Source: Blasia pusilla | Lineage: Eukaryota | DNA: 64,000 bases | NCBI GenBank assembly: GCA_050084515.1 | Contig: CM114271.1 | Coordinates: 32,550,001 to 32,614,000 of the forward strand | Direction: 5' to 3' | Part shown: positions 1 through 13,433 of the stretch, piece after piece | Layout: each line of letters begins with the position of its first letter | Numbering within the stretch: the first letter of the stretch is position 1 | Translations under genes and position numbers: made by a program | The notes under the pieces: generated by a model | Database searches by the model: none | Told to the model about the DNA's origin: nothing | The model's input: only the letters and a program-made list of their open reading frames with translations

Positions 1-59
1 GTGGCTAGGGTTGCTACATAGCAACCAAAGCCAGAGGTTGCGTCCTCTCCGAGTGAGAT

Positions 60-3000
60 CACGATGGAGACTTGGGAGCCTGTGATAGTTCTCAAGTTGA
101 TAGGAGGAGAGCGTCGGCGAGTTCATAGGTTTTTGAGAGGGCATGTCTAGTGCTTTGCCTTCAGTATGAGAGACTTGGGTATGCTAAAGGGTCTCGGGAT
201 ATGGATTGAGTCGGCTAGTGATATGCCAATCTTTCGTCGACCCTACAGGTATTCTGATATGGAGCGAGCCTTGATTCAGAGCAAGAGTCATGACTTGTTG
301 GAGGCAGTACTTGTGGAGTTATCACATGGGGAGTATGCATCTGCCACAATCATGCCGGCGAAGAAGGATATGTATGGCAATTGGACAGATAGGCGGATGT
401 GTGGAGATTACCGTCCTATCAATCGACAGACGAGGTCAGATCGGTACACCATGCCTACTCCTAAGGAGATCTTTGATGCGGTAGGGCATGTAAAGATCTT
501 CAGTACTATAGATCTTTGTACTGACTATCATCAACTTCCTATCAGGTTGGAGAACAGGGAGAAGACAATATTCAGGGGGATAGATCGGTTCGAGAAAGAT
601 TGCTTGTATAAGTGGCGGTTCTTACCATTTGGGTTGAAGAACGCGCCTGCAGAGTTTTAGATAGTGATGGATAGGATTCTGGCTGGCTTGGATTTTGTAC
701 GATGTTACATACATGACATTCTTATCTTCAGTTCCACCGTTGAGGAGCATGAGCGACACCTGGAGGAGGTGTTTCGGCGATTGCAGTTATATGGACTGAA
801 GTTACATCCAGACAAGTGTAGATTCTTTCAGGACTAGATTGAGTACTTGAGACACATCATATACCCGAGTGGGTTAGGTGTTCAGCAGACAAAGATGGAG
901 GCTATTGCGTAGATTCCACGTCCTACAGATGTGAGTCGAGTCCGAGCATTTCTTGGACTGGAAAACTTCTATCGACGGTATGTCAAGGGTTTTAGAACGA
1001 TCACAAAGTCTTTGGCCTTGTTGACGAGACTTGATCAGGTTTGGTTGTGGGGAGATGATCAGGAGCAAGCATTTCAAGAGCTTAAGGACACGTTGACGTC
1101 CTCACCCATTTTACAGAGACCGATTAGGGGTCGCCCATTCTAGTTACATACGGATTGGAGCATGTTGGGTCTAGGATCAGTGCTTACTCAGAGGGATGAC
1201 GAGGAGAGGGAGTTTGTTGTGGCTTACGCGAGCCGATCGAAAAACATTGCACAGGAAAAGTACAACTCCTACAAGGGAGAGTGCTTGGCTGCAGTGTGGG
1301 CCGTGGCACATTTCAGGAACTATTTATTCGACAACCCTTTCACACTTATCACTGATCATCAACCATTGAGGTGGTTGATGGAGTCCGACAAGCTTACGGG
1401 AAAGCTTGCCAGGTGGGCTCTATTAATACAAGAGTATGAGTTTGAGGTGGTTCATAGGCCATGCCGGCTGAACCAGGATGCGGATGGGTTGAGTCGTAAC
1501 TCATGTTCGAGTCAGAGAGACGATACAAGAGCTCGATGGCATGGAGTGAGTGATGAGGATATGGTGCCGGGTTGGCATGCATCTGCCTATCTTTGTTGGT
1601 TGACTATGGTAGGTCAGCCACAGGTGATGACTCCAATCGTGGGATTGGATGATGAGTCTTTGGATCCGGAGGTCAGTGAGGAGGCGATAGGTGGTCGTGA
1701 TATCCATGACGATGTGGAGGTTGTGGAGTTCTTGCGCATTGGCGTCATAGCGAGCACAATGAGTGCTAGGGAGCGGGATCGGATCCTACAGCGAGCTAGG
1801 AGGTTTAGGCGGGATGGGAATCACATTTTGCGAGTATGGGGAGATGGTAGGATACGAGTGGTACCTCATCCTTCTCAGCGAGCACGTGTAGTGCGACTTG
1901 CCCATGAGGAGTTGGGACATTTTGGAGTGAAGCACTTTTACAAATTTTACTCCGATTCGGTGATTGGTGGCGTGACATGCATACTGGGATACATCAGTTT
2001 GTGGCCAAATGTATGGTATGAGACAGAGTGCGAGCATCCTTCAATGCTCCCACTGCACAATTACATCTTTTTGCCGATTATGGGTTTAGGTTATCGGTGG
2101 AGTTTATACTTTGCGGGACCTTTGCCATTGACAGGGAGTCATCACAGGTACGTGTGGGTCATGGTGGAGCATTTCTCCAAGTGGATAGAGTTGGTGGCAC
2201 TACCGGACAAGGCTAGCAAGGGAACAACTTATGCATTTCTAGATCGTGTGCTTAGTCACTTTGGTGCACCAGCGGAGGTGCTTATTGACCAGGGTACCGA
2301 GTTCAGGGGAGAGTTTCAGGCCTTGTGTGATTAGGCGCTGATAGATCCGCACCACGTCCAGAGATCATCATGCGGCGGATGGGTTGGCGGAGATAGTAGT
2401 ACAGACGGTGAAGAGAGGATTGAGCAGGTATGGCTTGCAGCAAGGACAGTTGAGGGAGTGGGACCTACACTTGCCATGGTTGGCTATGGGTTATTGCTTT
2501 AGTCGGCAGGCATCCTTGGCGTCATTTTCACTATACTTTTTGCTCTTTGGGAGAGAGCCAGATTCACCGGCAGCTATTCGACGTGACATGGCGGAGGTGT
2601 TAGATCTTGATGATCCAGATGTGTGAGTACAAGCGTGTTCTCAGAGGATGGAGATTTTTCGTAGAGTTATGCCTATCGCCTTTGAGAACTTAGCTATTGC
2701 TCAGCATAGAGATACATTGAGGTACGCGACCATTTGTGGAGGAGGTTATTGTCCAGGGATTAGGAGGTTTCATCCTAGAGATTACGTGTATCTACAGCAG
2801 ACGGCACCCACAATGCTAGGTGTCACTGCAAGGCGCACAATCCTATGTGTGCGCAAGGTATTATCGACTGGAGTCCTCATGTTGGAGGGACGGGATGGTA
2901 TGGTTTGGAAGGATCATGTGCGTAATGGTGCGCCATGTCATCTTCTGAATGTAGACGGGACAATAGATCCGAGCTTGGCAGTGGTACTGCAGGCTTGATA

Positions 3001-4167
3001 TCGCGACCCTCATAATCAAAACGTCGAGCAAAACATCAGAACTCAAGTGAACTCACGCTGTGAGGTTTGCGCTTTGGAGAGGCGTTTGGAAAGGTCTCTT
3101 GGAAAAGTCTAAGAGACAAAACGCGGAACAGAGTTGTGCGTTTCATGCATTAGTGGTCGTAACCAGGAAACCTAGACCAAATGCAAGCCAAGAATTGAGA
3201 TGAGTTGAGTCTTGGGAGGTTGGTTGCCAAAGAGGTGAGAATCAGTTTGGAACACGACTAGCGTTTGGGAGAATCTGACTGTGTTTAGGACCATAACGTT
3301 GAGCTCCAAGATGAATTTGGGACAAATAAGAGCACATTGGAAAGCTGATCTTGAGACGCTTCCAACGCACCAAAGATCTCAAAAAACTCATAAGTACAGG
3401 TTGAGATATTGGCCGAAAATGATTTAGAGAGCGATCGGGTTGAGGGCCAATTGGAGAGGCCTGGGTGTCTTTACCTAAATGTAGGGGGCCCCGGAGATCC
3501 CCAGAAGTACTAGTAAGGGAGGAGTCTCTCCAAGATATCTCGGAACACGAATCCCCACTTTGGGTGCCAAACGGCGTTTCAGAGGCACGGGATGGAACGA
3601 GACTTTGGCGTTGGAACTCGAAACCCAAACCTGATCCAAGGGAGTGGACTTTGTACGCCACACTTGGATTCCAATCCGAGATTCACTTCGTGCGAGTCTT
3701 GGTGAGGAACTCATTGCATGTCCATCAGACAGTTGGAACCGCCAGGCGCGAAACGTTGTTTCAGGTTCCTGAACCGACCATAAAGTCTGTCCCAAGTCTT
3801 TCGAGATTTGCGCGTTTTGTAAACCACAAAACTAGGAAGGTTGAGCTTGATGAGAGTCCGAGACAAGAACTCGGAAAGTTAGCCTGCTGATTGATCCAAG
3901 ACCCGACTAACTAGAGTGCGTGTTTGGATGCAGATCAGCGCTGAGAGCATGACCTACTGAACGCACGCTTCCGCAACAAACAAGATTAACGTTCAAGGAG
4001 AGTAGGCGCACGACACTTGAGGTGTATATTGTGCGAATCTGCGAGGGGTGTAGCCACCATGTTGGTATGTGATGCTTGTTCTCGAGGGTGGCATATGTCA
4101 TGTCTGACCCCCCTCCCCTCTTGATGTAGTTTCCACATGAGGATGGATGTGTCCGAGATGTGTATAG
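60..4167 (+). pseudogene. Degenerate pol (RT-RNaseH-integrase-PHD) of copy 1, interrupted by the 2999-4015 insertion
   Basis: ORF fragments 166-660, 931-1143, 1162-2334, 2384-2626 and 2648-2998; PHD remnant RCILCESARG..LVCDACSRGWHMSCL..WMCPRC at 4016-4167; many stops and frameshifts. Confidence 0.9.
2999..4015. mobile_element. Solo-LTR-like insertion (~1.0 kb) with 5-bp TSD
   Basis: Starts TATCGCG (decayed TGTCG), ends CACGACA; CTTGA on both sides (2994-2998, 4016-4020); removing it restores AGLRC before the PHD; homologous to 6149-7121. Confidence 0.88.
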
Positions 4168-4392
4168 GGTAGTAGGTCATGTCAGAGAGATGTGATATTT
4201 TCTATCTGGAGTTAGGGGGATCCAACTGCCAATTAGGGGGGCGGTTGTGTGATCTCCATGTATATGTATGAGTTGATTTTTGTATATGTGTGGATTGACC
4301 CGTATGTGGGGAAGATCGGTGTTGTGTGGTGTAGATGTGACCAGCGATGTATGTTGTGTAGCGATATGTATGCGCACGACAAGTTTGGTTTT

Positions 4393-4695
<303 letters not shown>

Positions 4696-5004
4696 TTGTG
4701 CATATACATATCATCAAATAATCTCCATGCTGATATGCAAATCACATAGCAAAACTATATGTGTCGATGGTCTAGGGAGTCAACGTTTTTGTTTCTACAT
4801 GACTTCAATATAAGTGGTCAAATGAGGCTGAGTACTATTCTGTTCCATTGGATCATTATTTTGGGTAATCCCCTAATTTTGCTACTTTTGGCCAAGTTAC
4901 TTATTGACCAAGTCAATAGTAACTTGTGTGTGCATGTTATCATTTTTTGTCATATTTGGAGAAAGAACTATTTTGGCTCTTTCAAGGGTCTAGAATGTGG
5001 GGAA

Positions 5005-5292
5005 TGTAGAAAATTGGGATATGGGTCTCTTACACACACAAACACTACCATGGAAAATGAAATTTTGCAATAAGAGAATAAATGGAGGCCGATCCCCTTC
5101 CCAATTCTATAAGGTATGTACAAGAAATCATAATCCTAACCATAGTCTCAAGTTATACTAATATTGGTTTACTAATCCTAGTTAAGATAATTATGTTTAA
5201 CTCACTAACCAAAATTAAGCTTTCTTACTTCGTGTGAGTACCAAATGTAGCAGTTCGTAAATCCAAAATGCATAACTATAACTCAAGCTTCA
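5005..5292 (-). repeat. Copia 3' LTR
   Basis: Aligns by eye with 10683-11002; adjacent to the PPT. Confidence 0.8.
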
Positions 5293-6148
5293 AGACTTCC
5301 CCCCTTCAATCTCATACCAATATCTCTAATGCCTAATCATTTCTAAACATCTCAAACTTATATGTAGATGATATTTTGTAAAGATATCAAGAATTTGTTG
5401 ATCTTTACCTATATACAGAAGATCGATTTCTCCTACAAACACTGTCTTTCTAATAAAGTGGTAATGCATCTCGATATGCTTTTTTTGAGCATGAAAAAAG
5501 GGTTATTAGCAAGCTTGATGCTGCTAATATTATATGCATACATTATATTAGATCTATTTTATTAACACCAATCTCAACTAGTAATTGATAAAACCACACT
5601 ACCTTACATGTTGCATTGGTTACTCTTATGTACTCAACTTCTATTGAAGATAAAATAACTATATATTACTTTTTTGAAGCCCAACTTATATTTGCGGTTC
5701 CCAAGGAATAACCAGATTTTAGAGTGTCTATAAAATAAGGTTCATGCCCAATCAACATCTGTGAATCCTTATATTGGAAAATTGAGAGAATGTTGAAATT
5801 AAAGCCCAAACTAAATAGAGAATTTCACATACTATATAAGCATCAATATGAGGTTTTCTAGGTGTCTGCATGAATTGGCTCACTAGGCCAATTGTAGAAC
5901 TCAAGTCTAGCCTAATAATAATAATCAAATAGAGCAAACTTCCAACCATGCGCTAGTACATATTAGAATTTGCAAGCAACTCTCTTCCCTCTATCTTTGG
6001 GAAGGTACTATGGTCCAATGGTGTAGAAATTGGCTTACAAGCCGTCATAACATATTTTGAAAGCATGTGAAGAGTATATTTTTGTTGTAATAATCACATG
6101 CTCTTTCCAATCCTAAAAAAATAAATCTCAAGGAATTACTCGAGTTCT

Positions 6149-7121
6149 TATCGCGAACCTCATAACCAAAGGTGCCCCAATGCAAAACATCAAGACTCTA
6201 GTAGGCTTATACTAAGATGGATATCCATCGGAGAAGTCTCTTGAAGGAGACATGTGATATGAAATGCAAGGAAGGTGAGTGTTTCATGTGTTAATGGTCG
6301 TGACTCGGGAAACATGGACTATGTATGAACCAAGACTTGAGAAGAGTCGATTAACAAAAAGTATGAGAATCGAAATACGAATTTGACTATCCTTTGGGAT
6401 TTTATTGTGTTTTAGGTCATAACCACCATACCTTAGATGCATTTGAGACAAGTCCGGGTTGGAAAGCTTATGCAAAGCCAATTCCAACACACCAAATATT
6501 TAGATAAATGCATAAGCAGAGACTAAGAAATTGCCCAAGAAAATCAGAAGAATAGTTCGATTGAGGCCAAAAGGAGCAACCCGAGAGTACTTTCCCAAAG
6601 ATAGGGGGAAGTTAGAGAACCCTATAAGTATATTTAAGGGAGAGGATCTCTAAGGGTGCTTGGGATCTGTACTCCACTTTGGAGAGGCATGGGGCGGACC
6701 AAAGGCACAAAATGGATTGGGAGATTAGCGTTGGGATGTGAACACCAAGACAAGTCCAAGGGAGTAAATTACGGAGGTAATCCTTGGATTCCAACCTAAA
6801 ACTCAATTCTTCGGTCTTTGTTAGGGACTTATGCAAGATCCGTTGGATTGTGAGGATCGCTAAGCCTACGAGTGTTGTTTTAGATGTCTTTACTATCCAG
6901 AAATTTTGTCTCAAGTTTAGGAAGACTTGTCCATGCTGGGAAGTGAGGAGTTAGGACTTACTGAGATTGATATATGGCCAAGTTGAGAACTCGATGAGTT
7001 GGAAGGCCGTTTGACTCAAACCAAGATTAGTGAGAGTTTGTTTGGATGCAGATCAATAGACTGAACTTGACTTGTAGATTATACGCTTTTGAAATATTTG
7101 AGATTGACGTTCAAGAGGAAA
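6149..7121. mobile_element. Second, more decayed copy of the solo-LTR-like insertion, inside Copia RT
   Basis: Starts TATCGCGAACCTCATAACCAAA, like 2999; collinear similarity through GATTGACGTTCAAG; flanks GTTCT/ATTCT; removal rejoins MKDLGE|LE.FLEI on the minus strand. Confidence 0.75.
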
Positions 7122-10100
7122 ATTCTCCTAAGTCTTTCATATCAAATTATGCTTTTAACTTTAGCTTGACTTATTGTAAAATATTCTCAGTACTTCTATT
7201 AATCAAGTGGTCTTCAACATACAACAAAATGATAAATATATGGCCTTGTCCTCTCAAGATATATGCTAAGGAATCAAAATCAATCATAAACCCTAAGGCC
7301 AAACTCTTGTAAGGCATGTAATCTTGCCATACCAAGCTCTTGGAGCTTGCTTGACCATGTATGGAGCTTTCTTTAACTTACGTACACGAAATGGAAACTC
7401 TCAATGCTCATATCCTAGCGGTTAAACCATGTATATTTCCTTATACAGATCTCTTCTCAAGAAGGGATTCTTGACGTTCATGTAATATAGTCTCTACTTC
7501 TTACTTACTACAATTGCAACCATTATTCTTGTAGTCTTCACTTTTATAACAAGGCTAAATATCTCCTCACAATTGATGTTATATCGTTATGCATAGCCCT
7601 TGCCTACAAATGTGGCTTTCTATCTATTCACTATACTATCTTGATGATGTTTGACTTTACAAATCCATCTACAACCAATAGTTTCCTTATCAGAAGATAT
7701 ATGAACCAACTCACAAGTTTTTTGATGTCTTAATGCAACAAATTCTTCCCCATACCTTCATTCGACTTTCTATGCAGCTTCTTCAAAATAACTTGGTTCT
7801 TGTTCTTGAATGACAATCATTATATATACATGATGAGTTATAAGAAATCCTTCACTTATGAATCTATGAATAGGATGTGTGACTAGAAAGCCTAAATAAA
7901 GAAAGCTACCTTTTGCAAGTGACTTTACCCCGATCCAACGCAAAGCTACTTCATCTACAAAGTTTTTGTTCAAATGTGGATGCCTCTAACATCCGGCTCT
8001 AACTAATGTCATGGATTGATTGAAGTCATCTTATTGGATTTTGGTTAATATAGAAGACTACGCACGCTATAGCATCTACCTAATACACATGAGGCATCTT
8101 CTATTCGTTCAACATAGTATTTGTCATCTCAAAAATATGTTGATTCTCCGCTTAACTATTCTATTTTGTTGTGGAATGTAATGAAAAGTGACTTGTTATT
8201 GGATGTCATTTTGACGTAACTAGTGATCAAACTCTATGGAAAGATATTCTCCTCCTACATAACAACACAATTTCAGAATGTATCAATCAATCTTCTTTTT
8301 TATTATAATTTTGAATGTTTGGAGCAATATGAATATTTTTGACTTGGCTTTTAGAAAATATATCCATATATACATAGAGAAGTCATCAATAAATGAAAAA
8401 GAGTAGTAGCAACCATTCAGACGATGTTATGATGTTGTTCAGATATCATTGTGAATCAAGTCTAATATCTAGGATGCTCTTCTACCTTGCTTTGGAAATT
8501 GGAATCTAGGTACTTTCCAGTTTGGCAAGTAGGGTATATCTCAAACATAGTAGGAATCGATACTTAGAAAGTCCTATTACCACATTAGATGATGAAGGAC
8601 TCTGTAATCTTTAAAGATTTATATACCCAATTCTCTTATGTCACACATTGAGATATAAGACTTATTAGCCAATTTGATCATACATTGTTGTTTGAATCTT
8701 TGGTATAGAAAAATCTAATTTGAACATTCTTCTATATCTTATTCTTTTGGCTATCATAGTTTGGTCATCCATTGTTTCAATGAAATAATCATATGTGTTA
8801 AATTTTATCTAATAAACTTCTTCTGCTTTTTGTCTAATAAAGATCAAATTTCTTGCAATGGTAGGAACATAGAAAGTATTTCCTATGTTCCTATCATTGC
8901 AAGGGTCATTATGCAAAGTTTAGGTCATACTATTTGATGAAGGGTCATTATGCAAAGTTTTGCTTCAGGAAGAATATATTTCTTGGAAATATATTCTATG
9001 TTCCTACCATTACAAGAATATATTTCATCTTGTCTTATTGGAACTTTATTGGTATGCGTGATATGATATTGAATATCATCTCGTGTGAAAACTACTATAG
9101 GATCTTTCAAGGGCTCTATATTACTTAATCATTTAACTTGTGAAATTATGTGATTTAATCAACAAGAGTGGATGTACAAATCTACTATCAAATCTTTCTT
9201 AACCATTGCTCCTATATGGTAAGTCGCAACCAAGAGGTGCTAAGTTTTTGAATGTTATCGTTCTTGATACTATGTATGGGTATTTTGCTCCACATAATTT
9301 TATTGTTGTAAGGCTCTCATTCTCATAACTATATTCTTCTTGAAGCAAAACTTTGCATAATGATCCTTCATTCTAAAAGAATTGCAATATCCAAGGACCA
9401 TTTTTGTTGATATTGATCCTAACGGTTTCTACCATCACCACCTTATGATGATATTTGATACTAATTCACAATTGATTTAATAAAGTTATATTGAATTCCT
9501 CTTCTTTGATATGTTTGATATCCATTACGATCACGAAAGCTTCTACCACGAACTCTGTCTTTATTTGATCCAAAATATGTCACTCTCTTGCATATTAGAA
9601 GAGCTATTACAGTTGATTAGGCGCATCTTCTCACTAATTAAGAGTGAGACTAACTCTTGAAAGATTGGAGACTTCACTCTCGTAAAGATAGAGGTCTCTA
9701 AAAACTTATAATCTCTTGGAAGGCCTCGAAGAGTGAATACAATCAAATCATCATCTTCCACAATCACTCCAATATTATTAAACTAATAAAAATAAATAAA
9801 TATTTAAAACATAGTTATTGATGTTTTGCGATCATTTCCTCACTTTGTTCAATTTTTGTTTCAATTCAAGCTTTCAAGCCTTTGTAGATGTTTGGAACAA
9901 CTTTTCCAATGCATCCCATCCCTCCTTCGGAATATCAACATCTTCAATGTCACCAATGATTGATGAATTGATCGTTATAGAAATATAGTGGATTTTTTCA
10001 CCTTGCATGCTTGTTGCAGGCACGAACATTCAAGTCTATTGAATCACCTTTTGGTTAGGCCTCATTACTTGTGACAAGCTCCCATAATTCTTAACTCATG

Positions 10101-10682
10101 AGAAATTATTTCATGGGAAACTTCCAAATATTGTAATTTTTCTTATCTAGCTTCTCGCATATGATTGCTATTGGTGAATATCCCATCAAGAACAATTTTA
10201 ATCTAAAATCATAATTTTAAGCTCTCCACTGCTTCAATTGAAGCATAGATCACTCTTACACAAAAATTGACCAACTATATAGAAGAACTTTCCAAAATTA
10301 GCATATAGAGAGCAAATTGTACAACTTTCCTTCACTAATTATGCTTTCCTACAAAAAAATAAATTATTCTAGGACTTAGACTGTTACAATCAAATGATTT
10401 TGGATATGTTGGAAAGCTCTTGACAAGCTCTACAACAGAGTTAGAACCAGCCTTTGACGTCATTCTTGTAGAGACAGACCCAAATTCCTAAATTGGTTGA
10501 GAAAGTCCTAAAAAATGCCTCCAAAGTAGTTTTGTCATCGTCATAGCTCCACTTGAAATCGTCTACCATTGAGCTTTGATTGAAATTTCCTTGTCCGAAA
10601 GTGAAATTATGCCTTATCTTGCCTCTCCTCTCCCCTCAAACATCAAGAATTTCAATTGATATTTTCTATAGTTTTGATATCA

Positions 10683-11002
10683 TGTAGAAAATTGCTAAAC
10701 AAGCATAATTGATTGAACACGACTTTCACATACATACACACACCATCATGAAGAATAAAATTTTGCAATGAAAGAGTGAGTGGAGGTTGGGTCCCTTTCT
10801 CAATTATATAGGCATGTACAAGCAACCCTAACCCTAACCCTAATTCTAATCATAATTTTGAGTTATACTAATGGTGATTAACTAACCTTAATTAAGATAA
10901 TCATGCTTAATTAAGTAACCAAGATTAAGCTTTCCTACTTTGTGTAAGTATCAAATGTAATAGTTTGTGTGTTCGATCAATTTGACTATAACTCAATCTT
11001 CA
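10683..11002 (-). repeat. Copia 5' LTR
   Basis: Aligns with 5005-5292; adjacent to the decayed PBS. Confidence 0.8.
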
Positions 11003-12001
11003 TTAGGGAGATGGCTCTCACTAGCAATCTTTCTCATTTTGAGCACTATTTAGTACTCATTCTTTTAGGTTTAGGTTGGAGCTTAAGTTATATTCTTGAT
11101 TCCATTATGGTGGAGGGTGGATGTGGGTTGATGACTGTATGTAGATTCGAAAGTGGAGTGGATCGTGTGATCCATTTTTTCTTTGATTTTACATGTAGAA
11201 GATTGACACGGGCATGGGGATTTTTTTGTGATTATCTGGGCGGCCAAGTTGCCTCACTTAATAGCCCCTTGGAGAAGTTTTTGATAGGTTGTGTGTTTTT
11301 CTTTCATTCGGAGGGTCGTATACAAAAGCACTTCCCATTTTTTCATAGATTTTTATTATTTGCGGATTGACGTAGAGTATCAGAAGAGTATGTGGATCAA
11401 CCCTCAATTGTAGGATAACTTAGTAATGTCAAATGGTGAGGTGAGAAATCATGCAACATAAATTCGATAGAAGTAAAAGAGCGAGAGAAACAAAAAATTA
11501 GGGTTGGGCTCAATCCTACCCATAGAGGGATCCCAAGGGAAAGGGCGGAGTTTTTTGTGGAGGAATTGCATGGCAATGCCCGAAGAGGCTACGTGGCATA
11601 TATGCAAGTGCAATTGTAAGCAAATGCACTAAATACATACAAAATACGACACATGAAGATAGATGGGTCATGCAAGCCCAAAGTGGGTAACTGCAAATGT
11701 TTGCTAGACGGAGAGCTTCTAACTACGCCCTCTACATGTATGTCTCATTTTCTTTTGGGGTTGGGAAGGCTATCCAACAAACATCGTAGTTGGTATATTT
11801 ATGCCCATCGTTGATGAAATCTTTATTTTGAAACACATATTTTTCCATTTGTGAGAAGTGATATGGGTTTTTTTTGTTCCTCCTTGTGTGATCTGACAAT
11901 CAAATTATTCCTCTTGTATGACAATAAATGCTACCAATCCAAACCCCCCTCCCCCATTTTCCTCTATAGTAGTAATACAAACAAAAATGCCTCTAAAGGG
12001 A

Positions 12002-12384
12002 TGTCACGTCTTTTAGGATAGATCGGTGAGATCTAGTAGAGCGCCTTCTTGAGTAGCCAAGGACAAGCTCAATTGGTCGAGGATGACCTGCTGAGGCCGC
12101 GGAAAACCTGAGAGAGCAGGTTTCCCCTTTGTTTCGGCTTATTTGGAGCCATATTGAGAAACTTACTATTTTAGGTAAACACCATTTTGAGTATATGATC
12201 AACTTTCTATTTTTGGTAAGTGTCTTTTGACCTCCTACCTTAGGTTAAGAGCCAAGGATGTGACTTGGGAGAATAGGTTACCATGAAGAGAGTTTGGGAG
12301 AGGGGAGGGGTATACCTAAAGGAGATAGAGTTTGAGAGCTCATTCTTTCTTTGTTGAACCTCTTGGTCCCTTACCTTGTGAGTG
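12002..12384 (+). repeat. Repeat A1 of copy 2 (3'-truncated by deletion)
   Basis: Direct repeat of the 5' part of A2 (starting 20383); homologous to 54893-55270. Confidence 0.92.
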
Positions 12385-13433
12385 ATATATTGTGTGGATC
12401 CTTTGGTTGCCATTGCCGCCGTTACGGAGTGGAGGGTCTTCCATGACGTTCGTTGATCCTCTGACTTGCATCGCCACCATGTACTTTGTTTTGGCCACCA
12501 CCGTCATCACAATTTCGTCATCAACTAGTGATGAGCGATGACCTCTAGTTATGGTGTTTGAGTTGTGATTTCATGCTGCTATGTTGTGATTGGTAGCCAC
12601 TCGACGACAATCGAGTACCGTGTCGTGATGCTCGTAGCCGCAACGTGCCGCCGATTGCCGCGCCGTGCCGCTCATGGTCGCACCGCACCATCTCGATCAC
12701 GGAGCCGCACCGTCATTGTGGATCAGACTATGGGTTTATTGTTGATTGAGGAGGGTATGCCGCCGAGTGCCTCATCCCACCATCGAGGGCTGTGTCGTTC
12801 GTAGCCGTTCCGTGCCGCCTGCAACGCCGCATCGTTCCGCTAGAACCACACTGTCTATGGAGGAGTTTTGAGCAGCGTCAGTACGGGAGGAGTATGACTT
12901 GCTGATTAGAGGAGTTTAGTATCCACGACTGAGTTGGGGTTGAGATTTGCAGTTGCTAAGGAGCGACATCGACATGTGTTCACGTTACCCATTATGGTCC
13001 TTTATCCTGCACGTGTGAGGGATTCTGGGATTTGGATAGTGTATTTGGGGATACTGGGTGTGTGGATGCTGAGAGCATCATTTATGTATGTAGTTTAGGT
13101 GACATAGACCTGTGTGGGATGTCCGGAGTTGCGATTAGGATGTCGATGAGATGATAGCCTGGTCGATTTGCCCCACCACGCCGCTTGTTGCCGCACGTTA
13201 CACGTCTCAGGGAGGGAGAATGTAGATCAAGTGCCGCATGTTTGGGATGAATGATTGAGGGATTATTTGCGATGCGAGAGTGATCAGGTGAGAGGGGCAC
13301 GAGGGTCATCACGGCGTCTGTTCGGGACTTTGAGAGGCGAGGTGTTGAACTCGAGAGTAGCTCTAGAGGTTTTACGCGGAGTGGCGCGAGGTTCCGAGGG
13401 TCTCCATGTGAGGAACCACATCGACCTCCTTCA

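Larger units (their letters stand above)
1..4381 (+). mobile_element. Gypsy-like DNMT/PHD-family retrotransposon, copy 1 (5' part outside window; ends after a single B repeat)
   Basis: RT (RMCGDYRPIN, LPFGLKNAPAEF), RNaseH (VVAYASRS, LITDHQPL), integrase (HEELGHFG, LIDQGTEF) and split PHD finger; G-tract 4235-4244; B repeat 4245-4381 ending GCGCACGACA. Bases 1-165 resemble the post-methyltransferase linker of copies 2 and 4. Confidence 0.93.
5005..11002 (-). mobile_element. Old, heavily decayed Ty1/Copia LTR retrotransposon
   Basis: Diverged LTR pair 5005-5292 / 10683-11002 (both read TGTAGAAAATTG...CTTCA on +); decayed Met-type PBS at ~10671-10682; PPT GAAGGGGGGAAG next to 5292; minus-strand gag (DDLIVFTLRGLPRDY), RT (MKDLGE; MVGSLLYL) and RNaseH (DIFTK) remnants in Copia order. 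TSD not recognisable. Confidence 0.85.

Noticed and set aside
3242-3890. ORFs of 106-141 aa inside the solo-LTR-like insertion
   Set aside because: No recognisable domain, and not evidently open in the second copy at 6149-7121.
10826-10850. (CCCTAA)3 telomere-like run in the Copia 5' LTR
   Set aside because: Too short and absent from the other LTR; likely local slippage.
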